DNA from: an uncultured Calditrichaceae bacterium
GTDB lineage: Bacteria; Calditrichota; Calditrichia; RBG-13-44-9
Direction: 5' to 3'
DNA: 64,000 nucleotides
NCBI GenBank assembly: GCA_964452045.1
Contig: CAYVKM010000010.1
Coordinates: forward strand, 5,218-69,217
The notes under the pieces were generated by a model. That model searched no databases. It had not been told where the DNA came from and saw nothing but the letters and a program-made list of their open reading frames with translations. Below are positions 1-9,888 of this stretch, piece after piece; positions within the stretch are counted from its first letter, which is position 1; each line of letters begins with the position of its first letter. The translations under genes and the position numbers were made by a program.

Positions 1-258
1 CACGAAATCAATCACGGTATTGATAAATACCCCGTAATTGAGGGTGACCGCCGGAACATCCCCCATGGCCTGCTTCAGGGTGATCATAAAGCTGCTGAAA
101 TCTACCCCGCCGAGTAATACCCCAATGGGCGGCATAATCACATCGTTAACCAGTGAGCTAACGATTTTGCCAAATGCGGCTCCAATGATAATACCCACTG
201 CCATATCCACTACATTCCCGCGCATAGCAAATTGTTTAAATTCCTTCATCATAGACAT
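1..258 (-). CDS. mscL: Large-conductance mechanosensitive channel MscL (partial; C-terminus lies beyond the window start)
   Basis: The minus-strand translation reads [54 protein letters not shown]..., colinear with the E. coli MscL N-terminus and TM1. GGAGG sits 7 nt upstream of the ATG at 258. The supplied + ORF 38..280 is the antisense artefact. Confidence 0.8.
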   Translation of the reverse strand, partial: MSMMKEFKQFAMRGNVVDMAVGIIIGAAFGKIVSSLVNDVIMPPIGVLLGGVDFSSFMITLKQAMGDVPAVTLNYGVFINTVIDFV

Positions 259-672
259 AGTACTGCCTCCTCTTAATTGAGTTATGGGTTTGCACAACTT
301 ATGTTAACTGAAACAACCTCTCAAAAAAAACTGGAATGCACAAGATTTGCACAAAATGAGATTATGATGCCACAAATTTTAAAAGGTTACAAATATAACA
401 TTTACTTTATCAAGGAGCAATTAGAATGAGCACTCGGTTCATATTTCTTGAGTAAATTGTTATTCCTAAGGAAGCATCCTGAAAAATCATCATTTTCCAG
501 ACAGGATAAAATGTAAGATGAGACCCAAGTCACAACTTTAATAGAATTTTATAATAATATTCGGTACATGTGAAGTGTGAACAAAAATAGTCGATTATAG
601 TAAATATTTGTCTGATAAAAATTATTAGTTACCTTTCCTGAGAGGATGCAAATTTTAAGCGTTTATTAATTC

Positions 673-1449
673 ATGAATCAGAAAAACAAAAAAAAGGATC
701 AGCTTCTCGCGGAAATTGGGGAATTGAAAAAACAGCTTAACGAATTACGAAATATAAATTCGTCTGACTCACCCGAAAGTACCCTATCCTTAAATTCTGT
801 TGAGGGTGAAGATCGCTACCGTCTGCTATTTGAACTCTCACCCAGTGGCATTATTCTGGAAGACCAGGAGGGAATAATCCTTGATGTCAATGAAGCCTTT
901 TGCAGGTCCATTGGTTATCAGCGAAAAGAATTGATTGGAAAACATGTCAGCATTCTGGCGCATCCGGATGTAAAAGATCAGGTGGACGATAATATATCCA
1001 GGTTACTCTCCGGTAAGGTTTTGAAACATAACGAAAAAAGCGTGCGAAAGGACGGATCCATCTGTTATATGGAATTGCATGAAACCAAAGTCATTTTGCC
1101 GGATGGCGGAATTGGTATTCTCTGCGTTGCTGATGATCATACCGAACGGGTACAGGCGGAGGAGGAACGCATGCAGCGGCAAAAATTGCAGGGTGCGCTG
1201 GAGTTGGCCGGCGCGGTATGCCACGAACTCAATCAACCTCTTACTATTATTTCCATTACCTCAGACCTATTGAAAGATTTCCCCGATGGTAAAAATCTAC
1301 GCGGAAATATGGACATTATTAAAAAAGAAATCTCACGCATGGGTGAGATAACCAAAAAACTGATGAAAATCACCAAATACGAAACCCGCAACTATCTAAA
1401 TGGAAATAAGATCCTGGATATCGATAAAGCTTCTCAGGATAAAGCCTAA
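673..1449 (+). CDS. PAS domain plus HisKA (DHp) protein lacking an HATPase_c catalytic domain
   Basis: N-terminal coiled coil, a PAS-like segment (YRLLFELSPSGIILEDQEGIILDVNEAF...), then an H-box (ELAGAVCHELNQPLTII). The ORF ends about 60 aa after the His with no N/G1/G2 ATP-binding boxes. The convergent mscS gene follows immediately. Confidence 0.6.
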   Translation: MNQKNKKKDQLLAEIGELKKQLNELRNINSSDSPESTLSLNSVEGEDRYRLLFELSPSGIILEDQEGIILDVNEAFCRSIGYQRKELIGKHVSILAHPDVKDQVDDNISRLLSGKVLKHNEKSVRKDGSICYMELHETKVILPDGGIGILCVADDHTERVQAEEERMQRQKLQGALELAGAVCHELNQPLTIISITSDLLKDFPDGKNLRGNMDIIKKEISRMGEITKKLMKITKYETRNYLNGNKILDIDKASQDKA

Positions 1450-1565
1450 ACAGACTACATATCGCAAATAAGAAAACAATTCCTAAAAAACGGCTATTAT
1501 CATCTTACCGATTCTAAACCAGCACTAAGTAACATCAAACCGGAAAATCTAAAGTTGACACAGAC

Positions 1566-2384
1566 TCAATTATTCTGGTAAAGGTTTACATCCCTTTGCG
1601 GAAACGGAATTGAGATACCCTCCTGATCGAAGGTCAATTTTACTTTTTCCTGCATCTCGAAGAAAATATTCCAGTACTCTGTAGCGTTACACCAGACTCT
1701 GACCACAAAGTTTACCGAACTGTCACCCAATTCCGATACAGCAATGGTCGGAGCCGGATCTTTCAAAATACGGCTATCCTCCTCCACCAGACGGTGGAGT
1801 ACTTTTTTAGCTTTTAAAATATCGTCCCCATAACCAATACCAAAAGTCATATCCACCCGACGGGTTGATTCAGTGGAAAAATTGGTAAGACTGCTGCCTG
1901 AAATTGCGCCATTGGGAATAATAACCGTCTTATTATCAAATGTTTTCAGAACTGTATTAAAGATCTGGATGGAATGGACTTTTCCGAGATGACCCTGGGC
2001 ATCGATCACATCACCAACTTTAAAGGGTTTAAAAAAAAGTATCAAAACACCTCCGGCAAAATTTGCCAGACTCCCCTGTAATGCAAGACCAACCGCCAGA
2101 CCTGCTGCTCCTAAAATCGCCACAAAAGAAGTAGTAGCTATGCCCACCATGGAAGCGACACTGACCAGAAGAATAATTTTTAACAACGCACTAACCAGGC
2201 TATGAAAAAATTTCCGGAGCGATTCATCGGTGTTAGCTTTTACCATGGCCCTTTCCATGCCTTTAAGAACAATTTTGATAACCCATAAACCGAGAATTAA
2301 CACAATAATCGCTAGGACGAATTTGGGTGCATAAACAATTACCAGTTCCACAGCTTTGTCCATGTAACCTTGAAAATTTTCCAT
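1566..2384 (-). CDS. mscS: Small-conductance mechanosensitive channel (MscS family)
   Basis: Three N-terminal TM helices, then the MscS beta-domain (GDVIDAQGHLGKVHSIQIFNTVLKTFDNKTVIIPNG). AGGAGG RBS before the ATG. Confidence 0.8.
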   Translation of the reverse strand: MENFQGYMDKAVELVIVYAPKFVLAIIVLILGLWVIKIVLKGMERAMVKANTDESLRKFFHSLVSALLKIILLVSVASMVGIATTSFVAILGAAGLAVGLALQGSLANFAGGVLILFFKPFKVGDVIDAQGHLGKVHSIQIFNTVLKTFDNKTVIIPNGAISGSSLTNFSTESTRRVDMTFGIGYGDDILKAKKVLHRLVEEDSRILKDPAPTIAVSELGDSSVNFVVRVWCNATEYWNIFFEMQEKVKLTFDQEGISIPFPQRDVNLYQNN

Positions 2385-2576
2385 CGGACCTCCTGAATTA
2401 TATTTTATTAGAAAGAACTTTAATTGTAAACTTGTAGGGGCTTCTGTTAAAAAGACTTCACTTTCAAATTAATTTATGAAGAGTGCTTTTAAGTAAAATT
2501 AAAAACAGTCAGCAATACAGACAATCTATAAATCTTTTTTCTCTATGACGGATTTGGGGACCAGTCCAGATTTTTC

Positions 2577-2605
2577 TTGACAATTTAATTCTTGATTTGT
2601 AAAAT
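2577..2605 (+). promoter_or_regulatory. Sigma-70-like promoter (TTGACA-17 nt-TAAAAT) upstream of a leader and the lipoprotein gene
   Basis: TTGACA at 2577-2582, a 17-nt spacer, TAAAAT at 2600-2605. This is read by eye, not scored. Confidence 0.35.
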
Positions 2606-2742
2606 GAAGGGCATAGACTAAAATGGATGGGAGGACATCCATGGTAAGTTTTCTAACAAGTTCATTTTATCGTAGCAATTATTCAGTTGGGATAAGATAG
2701 TATTTAATATATTATTTTGAATAATAAATGGGAGATTGAATA

Positions 2743-3984
2743 ATGAAGACCAAATTAATATTTACCTTTGCAATCTATATTTTCTTTTTATCTTTTATCA
2801 TTTCAACATCTTGCCATCGTGTTTCAACAACCCCTGAAGAATCCCCTGAAAAAAATGTTGAGAAGTTAGTTCTTACTCTAAATCTGAATAACGCCCCGGC
2901 GGAAGTTTATACTATTTCAGGAATTTTGGAGAGAAATGGTTATTCTTCCATTCAGAGAATTTTCACTATTTCAGGAGATTCCGCCTATGCAGATTTTGGA
3001 CAGGTAGTTATTGGAATCTGGCATCTATCTGTTTCGGCATTTGACTCCAGTAATCAGGAAATTTATCATGGAGAAACTGACGTTACAATACAAGCCGGTC
3101 AGATTAACACAATTACGCTTACTCTAAATCCGCTAACCGGCGGACTTGTAGTAATTGTTAATTGGGGAACACCAACGACCGGTGATTATGTTTACACCTA
3201 TAACTTTCGGGATCCACCTCGGAATGTGTACCGCTTCAATTTGCAAACTTCACTATTAGAACAACTAACAAATCAGGATATGTCAGAATTTCCTGTTTAT
3301 CTCTCCAATCTCGACAAAATCGGGTATCAACGTCCCTATATCCATCAATTTTGGACAATGGACAAAAATGGCAATAATAAACAATTATTATTCCAAAAAA
3401 GTTTTGATATGGAAATGCCTGATTTTGCTCCAGGGAATCAAAAACTTTGTTTCTATCTTATAGAGGGTGGGGGACGAAGATTAGGTGTAATGAATTTTGA
3501 TGGGACTGAGTTTGAGTATTTAACACCATATTCTTCAATCAATAATGCCATTCCGGATATCAATGATGCCGGTGATAGAATTTTATACGAATCTGATTTA
3601 ACTGGAAATTATAACATTTTTATGATGAATCTTCAAAATAATACCAGTGAACAATTAACATTTAATTCATATAAAAGTACTTATCCCCAGTGGTCTAATA
3701 CAAATAATGGGTTCTATTATTTGATGGAAACGACTGATAGCGTTCAAATAATCTACCAGGATTTCATTAGCAACTCGGCTGAAACTATTATCTCACTGGC
3801 GGATCCATATATTATAGATTTTACCTTTTCTCCTGATGAGCAGAAAATATGCTTACTATGTTCGCCAAACTTCGGAAATTATGAGCCAAGAAATATTTAT
3901 ATATATGATTTAAATACAAACCAAATTTCACAGAAAACATTCACTAATTTACTGTTCGATCGTCCAAAATGGTATAAATTCTGA
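2743..3984 (+). CDS. Lipoprotein with TolB-like (PD40) beta-propeller repeats
   Basis: Signal peptide ending in a lipobox-like ISTSC. The C-terminal half has repeated motifs typical of PD40/WD40-like propellers (ILYESDLTGNYNIFMMNL, ICLLCSPNFGNYEPRNIYIYDL). Confidence 0.5.
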   Translation: MKTKLIFTFAIYIFFLSFIISTSCHRVSTTPEESPEKNVEKLVLTLNLNNAPAEVYTISGILERNGYSSIQRIFTISGDSAYADFGQVVIGIWHLSVSAFDSSNQEIYHGETDVTIQAGQINTITLTLNPLTGGLVVIVNWGTPTTGDYVYTYNFRDPPRNVYRFNLQTSLLEQLTNQDMSEFPVYLSNLDKIGYQRPYIHQFWTMDKNGNNKQLLFQKSFDMEMPDFAPGNQKLCFYLIEGGGRRLGVMNFDGTEFEYLTPYSSINNAIPDINDAGDRILYESDLTGNYNIFMMNLQNNTSEQLTFNSYKSTYPQWSNTNNGFYYLMETTDSVQIIYQDFISNSAETIISLADPYIIDFTFSPDEQKICLLCSPNFGNYEPRNIYIYDLNTNQISQKTFTNLLFDRPKWYKF

Positions 3985-4130
3985 TAGCAAATTATTGGTT
4001 AACTAAAGTGTGGTAATTAATCGGTTTATAGGTACCCCAATATTCTATAAAACTGAAGATTTGGATAATTCGATTTAATAAATAGAAAATTATTAAAAGA
4101 TAAGGTGAAGTGATGTAATTTTCTGCAACA

Positions 4131-4892
4131 ATGGGAGAATTATTCATACATCTCAAAATTATTTCTCTATCTTTAAATGTATTTTTTCTTTGCCTCCCTT
4201 CATTATTTGCCCAAAACATCATCTTCACTCCCGAAACAGACACGCTATTGGTTCAAGATGGCTGCACCGGTGCAGTGATTATCTGCATACTCAGTTCCAG
4301 CAATGCCCAGGACAGTATTATTATTTCCCCCGGATTTAATACTTCTTTACTTTACCACAATAATTCAGGACAATGGCAGTATACCGACCAATGTTATTTT
4401 CTGCTGCAGGATAGTTCGGATCAATATGATTATGAATTGTGGTACTTGCCACAGGGTGTATTACCATACTTTCAGCAGGTCACTTTCGACAGCTCCTTTG
4501 AAACCTGGGATGAGCATTTTTTATTAACCCTAGTTGTAAAATCCCAAGGAATTCCTGTTGATTCCCTCAGTCAACAGTGTCGGGCTGAGTTTGGACTGGC
4601 GATTCCCAACGACCCGGACCCGCTGCCGGCAACCGTACAGTTATTTCCAAATTATCCCAATCCATTTAATGCCACGACTACCATCGCTTACTATTTACCC
4701 GCCGGTGCCGAGGTCAATCTCTCTATCTATAACATCGCCGGTCAGCTGATGACAAACCTGATCAGGGAAAAAAAGGTTACAGGGGACCATTTTATTAAAT
4801 GGGACGCCAGCCAGTATAACTCCGGCGTATATTTCATTCATCTGGAAAGTGGAAACTTCAGAAGTGTGCAGAAATGTATTCTGGTGAAATAG
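4131..4892 (+). CDS. Secreted protein with a type IX secretion system C-terminal sorting domain (Por_Secre_tail)
   Basis: The C-terminal 80 aa (LFPNYPNPFNATTTIAYYLPAGAEVNLSIYNIAGQLMTNL...WDASQYNSGVYFIHLESGNFRSVQKCILVK) match the T9SS CTD consensus (NYPNPFN...Y.LP...V.L.IY...G..V..L....G.....WD.....SGVYF..L..G....KM.L.K). N-terminal signal peptide present. Confidence 0.7.
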   Translation: MGELFIHLKIISLSLNVFFLCLPSLFAQNIIFTPETDTLLVQDGCTGAVIICILSSSNAQDSIIISPGFNTSLLYHNNSGQWQYTDQCYFLLQDSSDQYDYELWYLPQGVLPYFQQVTFDSSFETWDEHFLLTLVVKSQGIPVDSLSQQCRAEFGLAIPNDPDPLPATVQLFPNYPNPFNATTTIAYYLPAGAEVNLSIYNIAGQLMTNLIREKKVTGDHFIKWDASQYNSGVYFIHLESGNFRSVQKCILVK

Positions 4893-5007
4893 ACTTTGAA
4901 AGTGGTCTGAGGAAGCCACCACTTTTAAATTCGCGGAGTTAGTTATTTCATCAAGTAAAAATTAGAACTATATTATCGTTAGCGCTATTTCAACTCAGGA
5001 GATAATT

Positions 5008-5604
5008 ATGAAGAAGATAGTCTACATTGGCCAACTATGTCTTTTATTTGCTGCATTTCTGATCTCATGTTCTCAACCCGAAAATTCATCTCCACTATCT
5101 GAGGATGAGTATCAAATTTATGGGATAATTATCGACTCCCTATATGTAACCACAAACCGACCGATAGTTTTGATTGGAGCAAATACCGAAACCTATCCCC
5201 CCGATCCGGAAGCATTAACCCTGGATACTCGTTTTACTTTGCCGGCAGAATATAACTGGAATGAGCTTTTGAACAGTTTTCGTCAAAACAACGTGAATCA
5301 ATTTCCGGTCGATCCGGCAAAAATTGATATACCAATTACCAAAATACCGATCAACCGCCAGAATATGTTTGAACAATTGAACTCACAACTTCAGGAACTC
5401 GATCGAAACCAGACCATGAACTACCGGGAAAAACTTGGCATATACTGGTTTTCCAGAGCCGGATTTAATACCGAGGGAACCCAGGCATTTATATTTACTG
5501 ATTTCCTGTGTGGTGCCCAGTGTGGTTGGCCATCCTACTACCTGCTAACAAAATCAATTAGCACCTGGAAAATTGTTCAGGAATACCAGCTGGGCCGGTA
5601 TTAG
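5008..5604 (+). CDS. Hypothetical lipoprotein
   Basis: GGAGA RBS, signal peptide with lipobox (FLISCSQ). No recognisable catalytic motifs. Confidence 0.45.
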   Translation: MKKIVYIGQLCLLFAAFLISCSQPENSSPLSEDEYQIYGIIIDSLYVTTNRPIVLIGANTETYPPDPEALTLDTRFTLPAEYNWNELLNSFRQNNVNQFPVDPAKIDIPITKIPINRQNMFEQLNSQLQELDRNQTMNYREKLGIYWFSRAGFNTEGTQAFIFTDFLCGAQCGWPSYYLLTKSISTWKIVQEYQLGRY

Positions 5605-5846
5605 TTAAATCCGGTTTTATAAATCTACATTTTTTATCCCGACAGATACCGAATCCTTCATTCATGTTGAGAGGTTTTTGAGTCCTTCTAATCTTTATCC
5701 GATACTCAAGAATTTCGACTTTTACCCCCTTCATTAAATCTTCATTTTGTTCATTTACCATAATTCAAGGCCAATGGCATCGTGATGGAATCAGATGAAT
5801 TTGGCAATTCCAGAGCATTATTAAGAAATTGAACAGAGGTTCGTTC

Positions 5847-6782
5847 ATGCAGACAAGTTCACCTTTTAATCCGGTTTCACCAGGTGCCCATGATATTTCC
5901 ACTCTTTTTATCGTAACCTTAATCGTCGCCGCAGTGATATTTAGCCTGGTGACCGGATTGGTTTTATTTGCCTCATACCGTTACCGTCAGAAGGAAGGCG
6001 AAGGGGAACCACCTCAGGTCTATGGACACCGCGGTCTGGAGATTACCTGGACGGTCATTCCCGGATTAATCCTTATTTTCCTGTTTATACTAACCTTGAT
6101 TACCATGCATAAATCCGATCCAACAGCCAGCCCGGGAACTAAAGCGGATCTGGTGATAATCGCCCATCAATGGTGGTGGGAATTACGTTATCCGCAGGCT
6201 GGCGTGGTATCTGCTAATGAAATTCACATCCCGGTAGGAAAAAAACTCTATACCCTCATCGAATCTGCTGATGTTATTCACTCTTTCTGGGTGCCTCAGC
6301 TTGGCCGAAAAATGGATGCCATTCCCGGCCACCCAAATCACATCTGGCTGGAATCCGATAAACCCGGCTTATTTCTAGGCACCTGTTCCGAATATTGCGG
6401 TGCACAGCATGCCTGGATGAGGATTCGGGTAATTGCCCAGCCTGAAGCAGAATATAATGCCTGGCTGGCAGATCATCAAAAGCTTCCGGTATTTCCCACC
6501 AAAGGTGAAGCGGCTAAAGGCCTGCAGGTTTTTGAAGAACAAACCTGTATCAACTGCCACAGTATTGCCGGTGTCTCAAGCAATATCAGCATTGGGCCGG
6601 ATTTAACGCATCTGGCCAGCCGCAAGACACTTGGCACCGGAATCCTGGACAATACACCGGCTGGTTTGACCAGGTGGCTGAAAAATCCACAGGCCGTAAA
6701 ACCGGGTATAAATATGCCTTATATGAAACTTGATGATAAGCAGATAAAGGAGCTGGTGGCCTTTCTGGAGACTTTAAAATGA
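5847..6782 (+). CDS. coxB: Cytochrome c oxidase subunit II, caa3-type (CuA domain fused to a C-terminal cytochrome c domain)
   Basis: Two N-terminal TMs. CuA ligands are in HSFWVPQLGRKMDAIPG...CSEYCGAQHAWM, and a C-terminal CINCH heme-c motif follows. The ATG at 5847 is preceded by AGAGG; the track start 5829 is TTG. The stop overlaps the coxA start. Confidence 0.9.
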   Translation: MQTSSPFNPVSPGAHDISTLFIVTLIVAAVIFSLVTGLVLFASYRYRQKEGEGEPPQVYGHRGLEITWTVIPGLILIFLFILTLITMHKSDPTASPGTKADLVIIAHQWWWELRYPQAGVVSANEIHIPVGKKLYTLIESADVIHSFWVPQLGRKMDAIPGHPNHIWLESDKPGLFLGTCSEYCGAQHAWMRIRVIAQPEAEYNAWLADHQKLPVFPTKGEAAKGLQVFEEQTCINCHSIAGVSSNISIGPDLTHLASRKTLGTGILDNTPAGLTRWLKNPQAVKPGINMPYMKLDDKQIKELVAFLETLK

Positions 6783-8437
6783 GCAATTCGGTACCAACCG
6801 TCCGCAATATAGATACAATAAGCATGCCCGGAGAATATAAAGGCTTACTTAGCTGGGTCACTTCAGTGGATCATAAGCAGATTGGCATCATGTATCTGCT
6901 TATTACCCTGTTTTTCTTTCTGGTTGGTGGAGTCGAAGCCCTGTTCATCCGGATTCAGCTGGCTCGTCCGGAAAACACTTTTTTGTCTCCCGATGCTTAC
7001 AACCAAATTTTTACCATGCACGGTACCACCATGATTTTCCTGGTGGTGATGCCCATGCTCATCGGATTTGCCAATTATTTTGTCCCGCTGATGATTGGTG
7101 CCCGGGATATGGCTTTCCCGCGGTTAAATGCCCTGGGACTCTGGTTACTCTTCTTCGGAGGTTTAATACTGTATTACAGCTTTATCGCCGGCGGCGCACC
7201 CGCAGCTGGTTGGTTCAGCTATGCACCGCTCAGTGAAAAGGTCTATTCAACCACTACTGGTATGGATTACTGGGCGCTTGGCTTGCTTGGTATTGGTGTC
7301 GGTACCGTAGCCAGCGCTATCAATCTGGTAGTTACCATTATAAAATATCGAACGAAGGGAATGAGCCTTAAACGCCTTCCTCTTTTTGTCTGGATGGTTC
7401 TGGTAAACGGGTTTGTTATCCTGTTTGCCATGCCGCCATTAAATGCTGCACTGGTTATGCTTCTGGTGGACCGTTTACTGAATGCAAGTTTCTTTACTGT
7501 GACCACCGGGGGATCGCCAATCTTATGGCAACATTATTTCTGGGCATTCGGGCATCCGGAAGTCTATATAATGATTCTTCCGGCATGGGGGATTATTTCT
7601 GAGGTCATTCCGGTTTTTTCCCGTAAGCCAATCTTCGGATACGAATTCGTCGCCGGTTCATCCGTAGCCATCGGTTTACTTAGTTTTGCCGTCTATGCAC
7701 ACCATATGTTTACCGTTGGACTAGGTCACCCGTTTAACACCGCATTTGCATTCGCCAGCATGACCATTGCTGTTCCAACCGGAATTAAGGTTTTTAACTG
7801 GATAGCGACCATGTGGGGAGGGAGAATTCGCTTTACCACCTCAATGATGTATGCCGCTTCATTTCTGATTTTATTTACCATTGGTGGGCTCAGCGGTATC
7901 TCCTTTGCTGTGGTACCGGTGGACTGGCAGGTAACCGATACATATTACGTTGTTGCTCATTTCCATTACGTCCTTTTCGGTGGAACTTTGTTTGCAATTT
8001 TTGCAGGCATTTACTATTGGTTTCCCAAAATGACCGGACGCCTGCTATCGGAGAAATTGGGTAAACTTCATTTCTGGTTAACCTTTATCGGATTCAATAT
8101 GACTTTTTTCATTCAGCATATTCTCGGTCTTATTGGCATGCCCCGCAGGGTATATACCTACCCCAATCTACCGGGCTGGGGCTCCATGAATATGATCTCA
8201 ACTATCGGGGCATTTATCCTGGCAATTTCAGTCCTGGTATTTCTCTGGAATCTGATTGTTTCTTTCCGCAGCGGAAAACCAGCCGGCGATAATCCATGGG
8301 AGGCTTGGACCCTGGAATGGGCAACTTCCTCACCCCCGCCCCCGCACAATTTCGAAAAAATACCATTGGTAAGAAGCCGGAGACCTTTATGGGATCTGAA
8401 ACATCCGGAAGATCCGGACTGGAAACACGAGAGCTGA
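6779..8437 (+). CDS. coxA: Cytochrome c oxidase subunit I (heme-copper oxidase, A-type)
   Basis: A 552-aa, 12-TM protein with canonical motifs (WFFGHPEVY-like HPEVYI, the HHMFTVG CuB/heme ligands, YVVAHFHYVL). Start overlaps the coxB stop (TAAAATGA). Confidence 0.95.
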   Translation: MSNSVPTVRNIDTISMPGEYKGLLSWVTSVDHKQIGIMYLLITLFFFLVGGVEALFIRIQLARPENTFLSPDAYNQIFTMHGTTMIFLVVMPMLIGFANYFVPLMIGARDMAFPRLNALGLWLLFFGGLILYYSFIAGGAPAAGWFSYAPLSEKVYSTTTGMDYWALGLLGIGVGTVASAINLVVTIIKYRTKGMSLKRLPLFVWMVLVNGFVILFAMPPLNAALVMLLVDRLLNASFFTVTTGGSPILWQHYFWAFGHPEVYIMILPAWGIISEVIPVFSRKPIFGYEFVAGSSVAIGLLSFAVYAHHMFTVGLGHPFNTAFAFASMTIAVPTGIKVFNWIATMWGGRIRFTTSMMYAASFLILFTIGGLSGISFAVVPVDWQVTDTYYVVAHFHYVLFGGTLFAIFAGIYYWFPKMTGRLLSEKLGKLHFWLTFIGFNMTFFIQHILGLIGMPRRVYTYPNLPGWGSMNMISTIGAFILAISVLVFLWNLIVSFRSGKPAGDNPWEAWTLEWATSSPPPPHNFEKIPLVRSRRPLWDLKHPEDPDWKHES

Positions 8438-8455
8438 TAAAAGAATGAGGAAAAG

Positions 8456-9007
8456 ATGAATAAGAGCAAACTGGCGGTAATTTTGGTGATCGGAACAGAA
8501 GCGGTATTTTTCACCCTGCTCATTCTGGCATTCCTGTACTTCCGGAGTGTTGCCAAAGGTAACACTCCGGAAGGGCTTTTGGATGTTGTTAAGACCGGTA
8601 TCTTTTCCCTGTTTCTGTTTTCCAGCAGTTTTACTGTATGGCGGGCGGAAAAAAATGCAGAGCATCAAAAAATCAAACGATCGGCGTTCTGGTTGTTCAT
8701 TACCATGTTATTTGGCGTCATCTTTCTGACTGGCCAGGGCATCGAATGGAATTTTCTGATCCGGCATGGGCAAACCATCAGCCGTGACCTTTTTGGCACA
8801 ACATTTTTCACCCTTACCGGTTTCCATGGATTTCACGTGCTTGCCGGTCTGTTAATCCTGGGAATACTTTTCATCCTGTCCCTAACTGGAAATTTTAATC
8901 ATAAAAATACCGTCAATTCGGTTGGCGCCGTTGCTTTATACTGGCACTTTGTGGATATCGTATGGGTGGTCATTTTCTCAATTGTTTATCTGGGGGTAAA
9001 ACTATGA
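8456..9007 (+). CDS. coxC: Cytochrome c oxidase subunit III
   Basis: A 183-aa polytopic protein (FHGFHVLAGLLILGILFI, ALYWHFVDIVWVVIF). GAGGAAAAG RBS. Confidence 0.85.
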   Translation: MNKSKLAVILVIGTEAVFFTLLILAFLYFRSVAKGNTPEGLLDVVKTGIFSLFLFSSSFTVWRAEKNAEHQKIKRSAFWLFITMLFGVIFLTGQGIEWNFLIRHGQTISRDLFGTTFFTLTGFHGFHVLAGLLILGILFILSLTGNFNHKNTVNSVGAVALYWHFVDIVWVVIFSIVYLGVKL

Positions 9008-9888
9008 CAATGAGTAAATTTCTTTTATCCGCCTGGGAATGGGAACCTTCGATAATTATTGGCTGCATTGGATTGATTGTGGCTTATCTGTTGATTGTTC
9101 GTTCCCGCATTACCAAAAAATCGATTTTCTACTTTATAGGCGTAATCATATTATTTCTTGCTCTGGTCTCCCCGCTGGACGAGATTTCAGATACCTATCT
9201 TTTTAGTGCACACATGGTCCAGCATTTACTTTTTATCCTGGTAGTCCCACCATTTCTACTGCTGGGAATACCCGAATGGGTTTTTCGCAAGGGGATGAAA
9301 TGGAGTTTTTTTCGTAAGACTGAACATGTACTCTCAAACCCGATTATCGCCTGGTCTGCCGGAGCCGGGGCCATGTGGATCTGGCACTGGCCACCTTTGT
9401 TTAATGCGGCGCTGGCGAATGAAACCTTTCATGCTTTTGAACATCTCAGCATCCTGGTTATGGGAACAATTTTCTGGTGGGTGGTTATCTCCCCTTTAAA
9501 GGAAGAACGGATGAACCCACTTTACCTTATTTTTTATCTTTTCTCGGCCTGTATAGCCTGTACTATTTTAGGAATTATAATTACCTTTTCCACTGTAGGT
9601 CTGTTTCCGGCATACTTAAATCCACAAGACGCGGCAGGTATCTTACCCATTATCAGAGATGGATGGGGATTCTCTCCGGGCGTAGATCAACAGGTTGGTG
9701 GTCTGTTGATGTGGGTTCCTGCCTGTATTGTTTATGTGTCTGCGGTAATCGGTACGCTGGTCCGCTGGTATCGCACACCGGACCGGGATACTCTGACCCT
9801 GCGTGCCGTGGTGGGTTCAAGCCAGCCCATTGTTACCCCCGAAACCAAAGAAGAACAAGTTAAAAGGATTGAAAACAGCCATGTATGA
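9004..9888 (+). CDS. Putative caa3-type cytochrome oxidase assembly factor (CtaG/Caa3_CtaG-like polytopic membrane protein)
   Basis: A 7-TM protein with paired His motifs in helices (HMVQH, HAFEH). It sits directly after coxC as in Bacillus ctaCDEF-ctaG. The start is placed at the ATG overlapping the coxC stop (track ORF begins at 8962). Confidence 0.5.
   Translation: MTMSKFLLSAWEWEPSIIIGCIGLIVAYLLIVRSRITKKSIFYFIGVIILFLALVSPLDEISDTYLFSAHMVQHLLFILVVPPFLLLGIPEWVFRKGMKWSFFRKTEHVLSNPIIAWSAGAGAMWIWHWPPLFNAALANETFHAFEHLSILVMGTIFWWVVISPLKEERMNPLYLIFYLFSACIACTILGIIITFSTVGLFPAYLNPQDAAGILPIIRDGWGFSPGVDQQVGGLLMWVPACIVYVSAVIGTLVRWYRTPDRDTLTLRAVVGSSQPIVTPETKEEQVKRIENSHV

Noticed and set aside
38-280. 80-aa + strand ORF at the window start
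   Set aside because: It is antisense to a clear MscL coding sequence on the minus strand and has no RBS.
5829-5846. Track start of coxB at 5829
   Set aside because: Position 5829 is a TTG codon. The ATG at 5847 is preceded by AGAGG at good spacing, so the shorter start is preferred.
8962-9003. Upstream extension of the ctaG-like ORF (track start at 8962)
   Set aside because: It would overlap coxC by 46 nt. The ATG at 9004, overlapping the coxC stop, gives classic translational coupling, so I used 9004.
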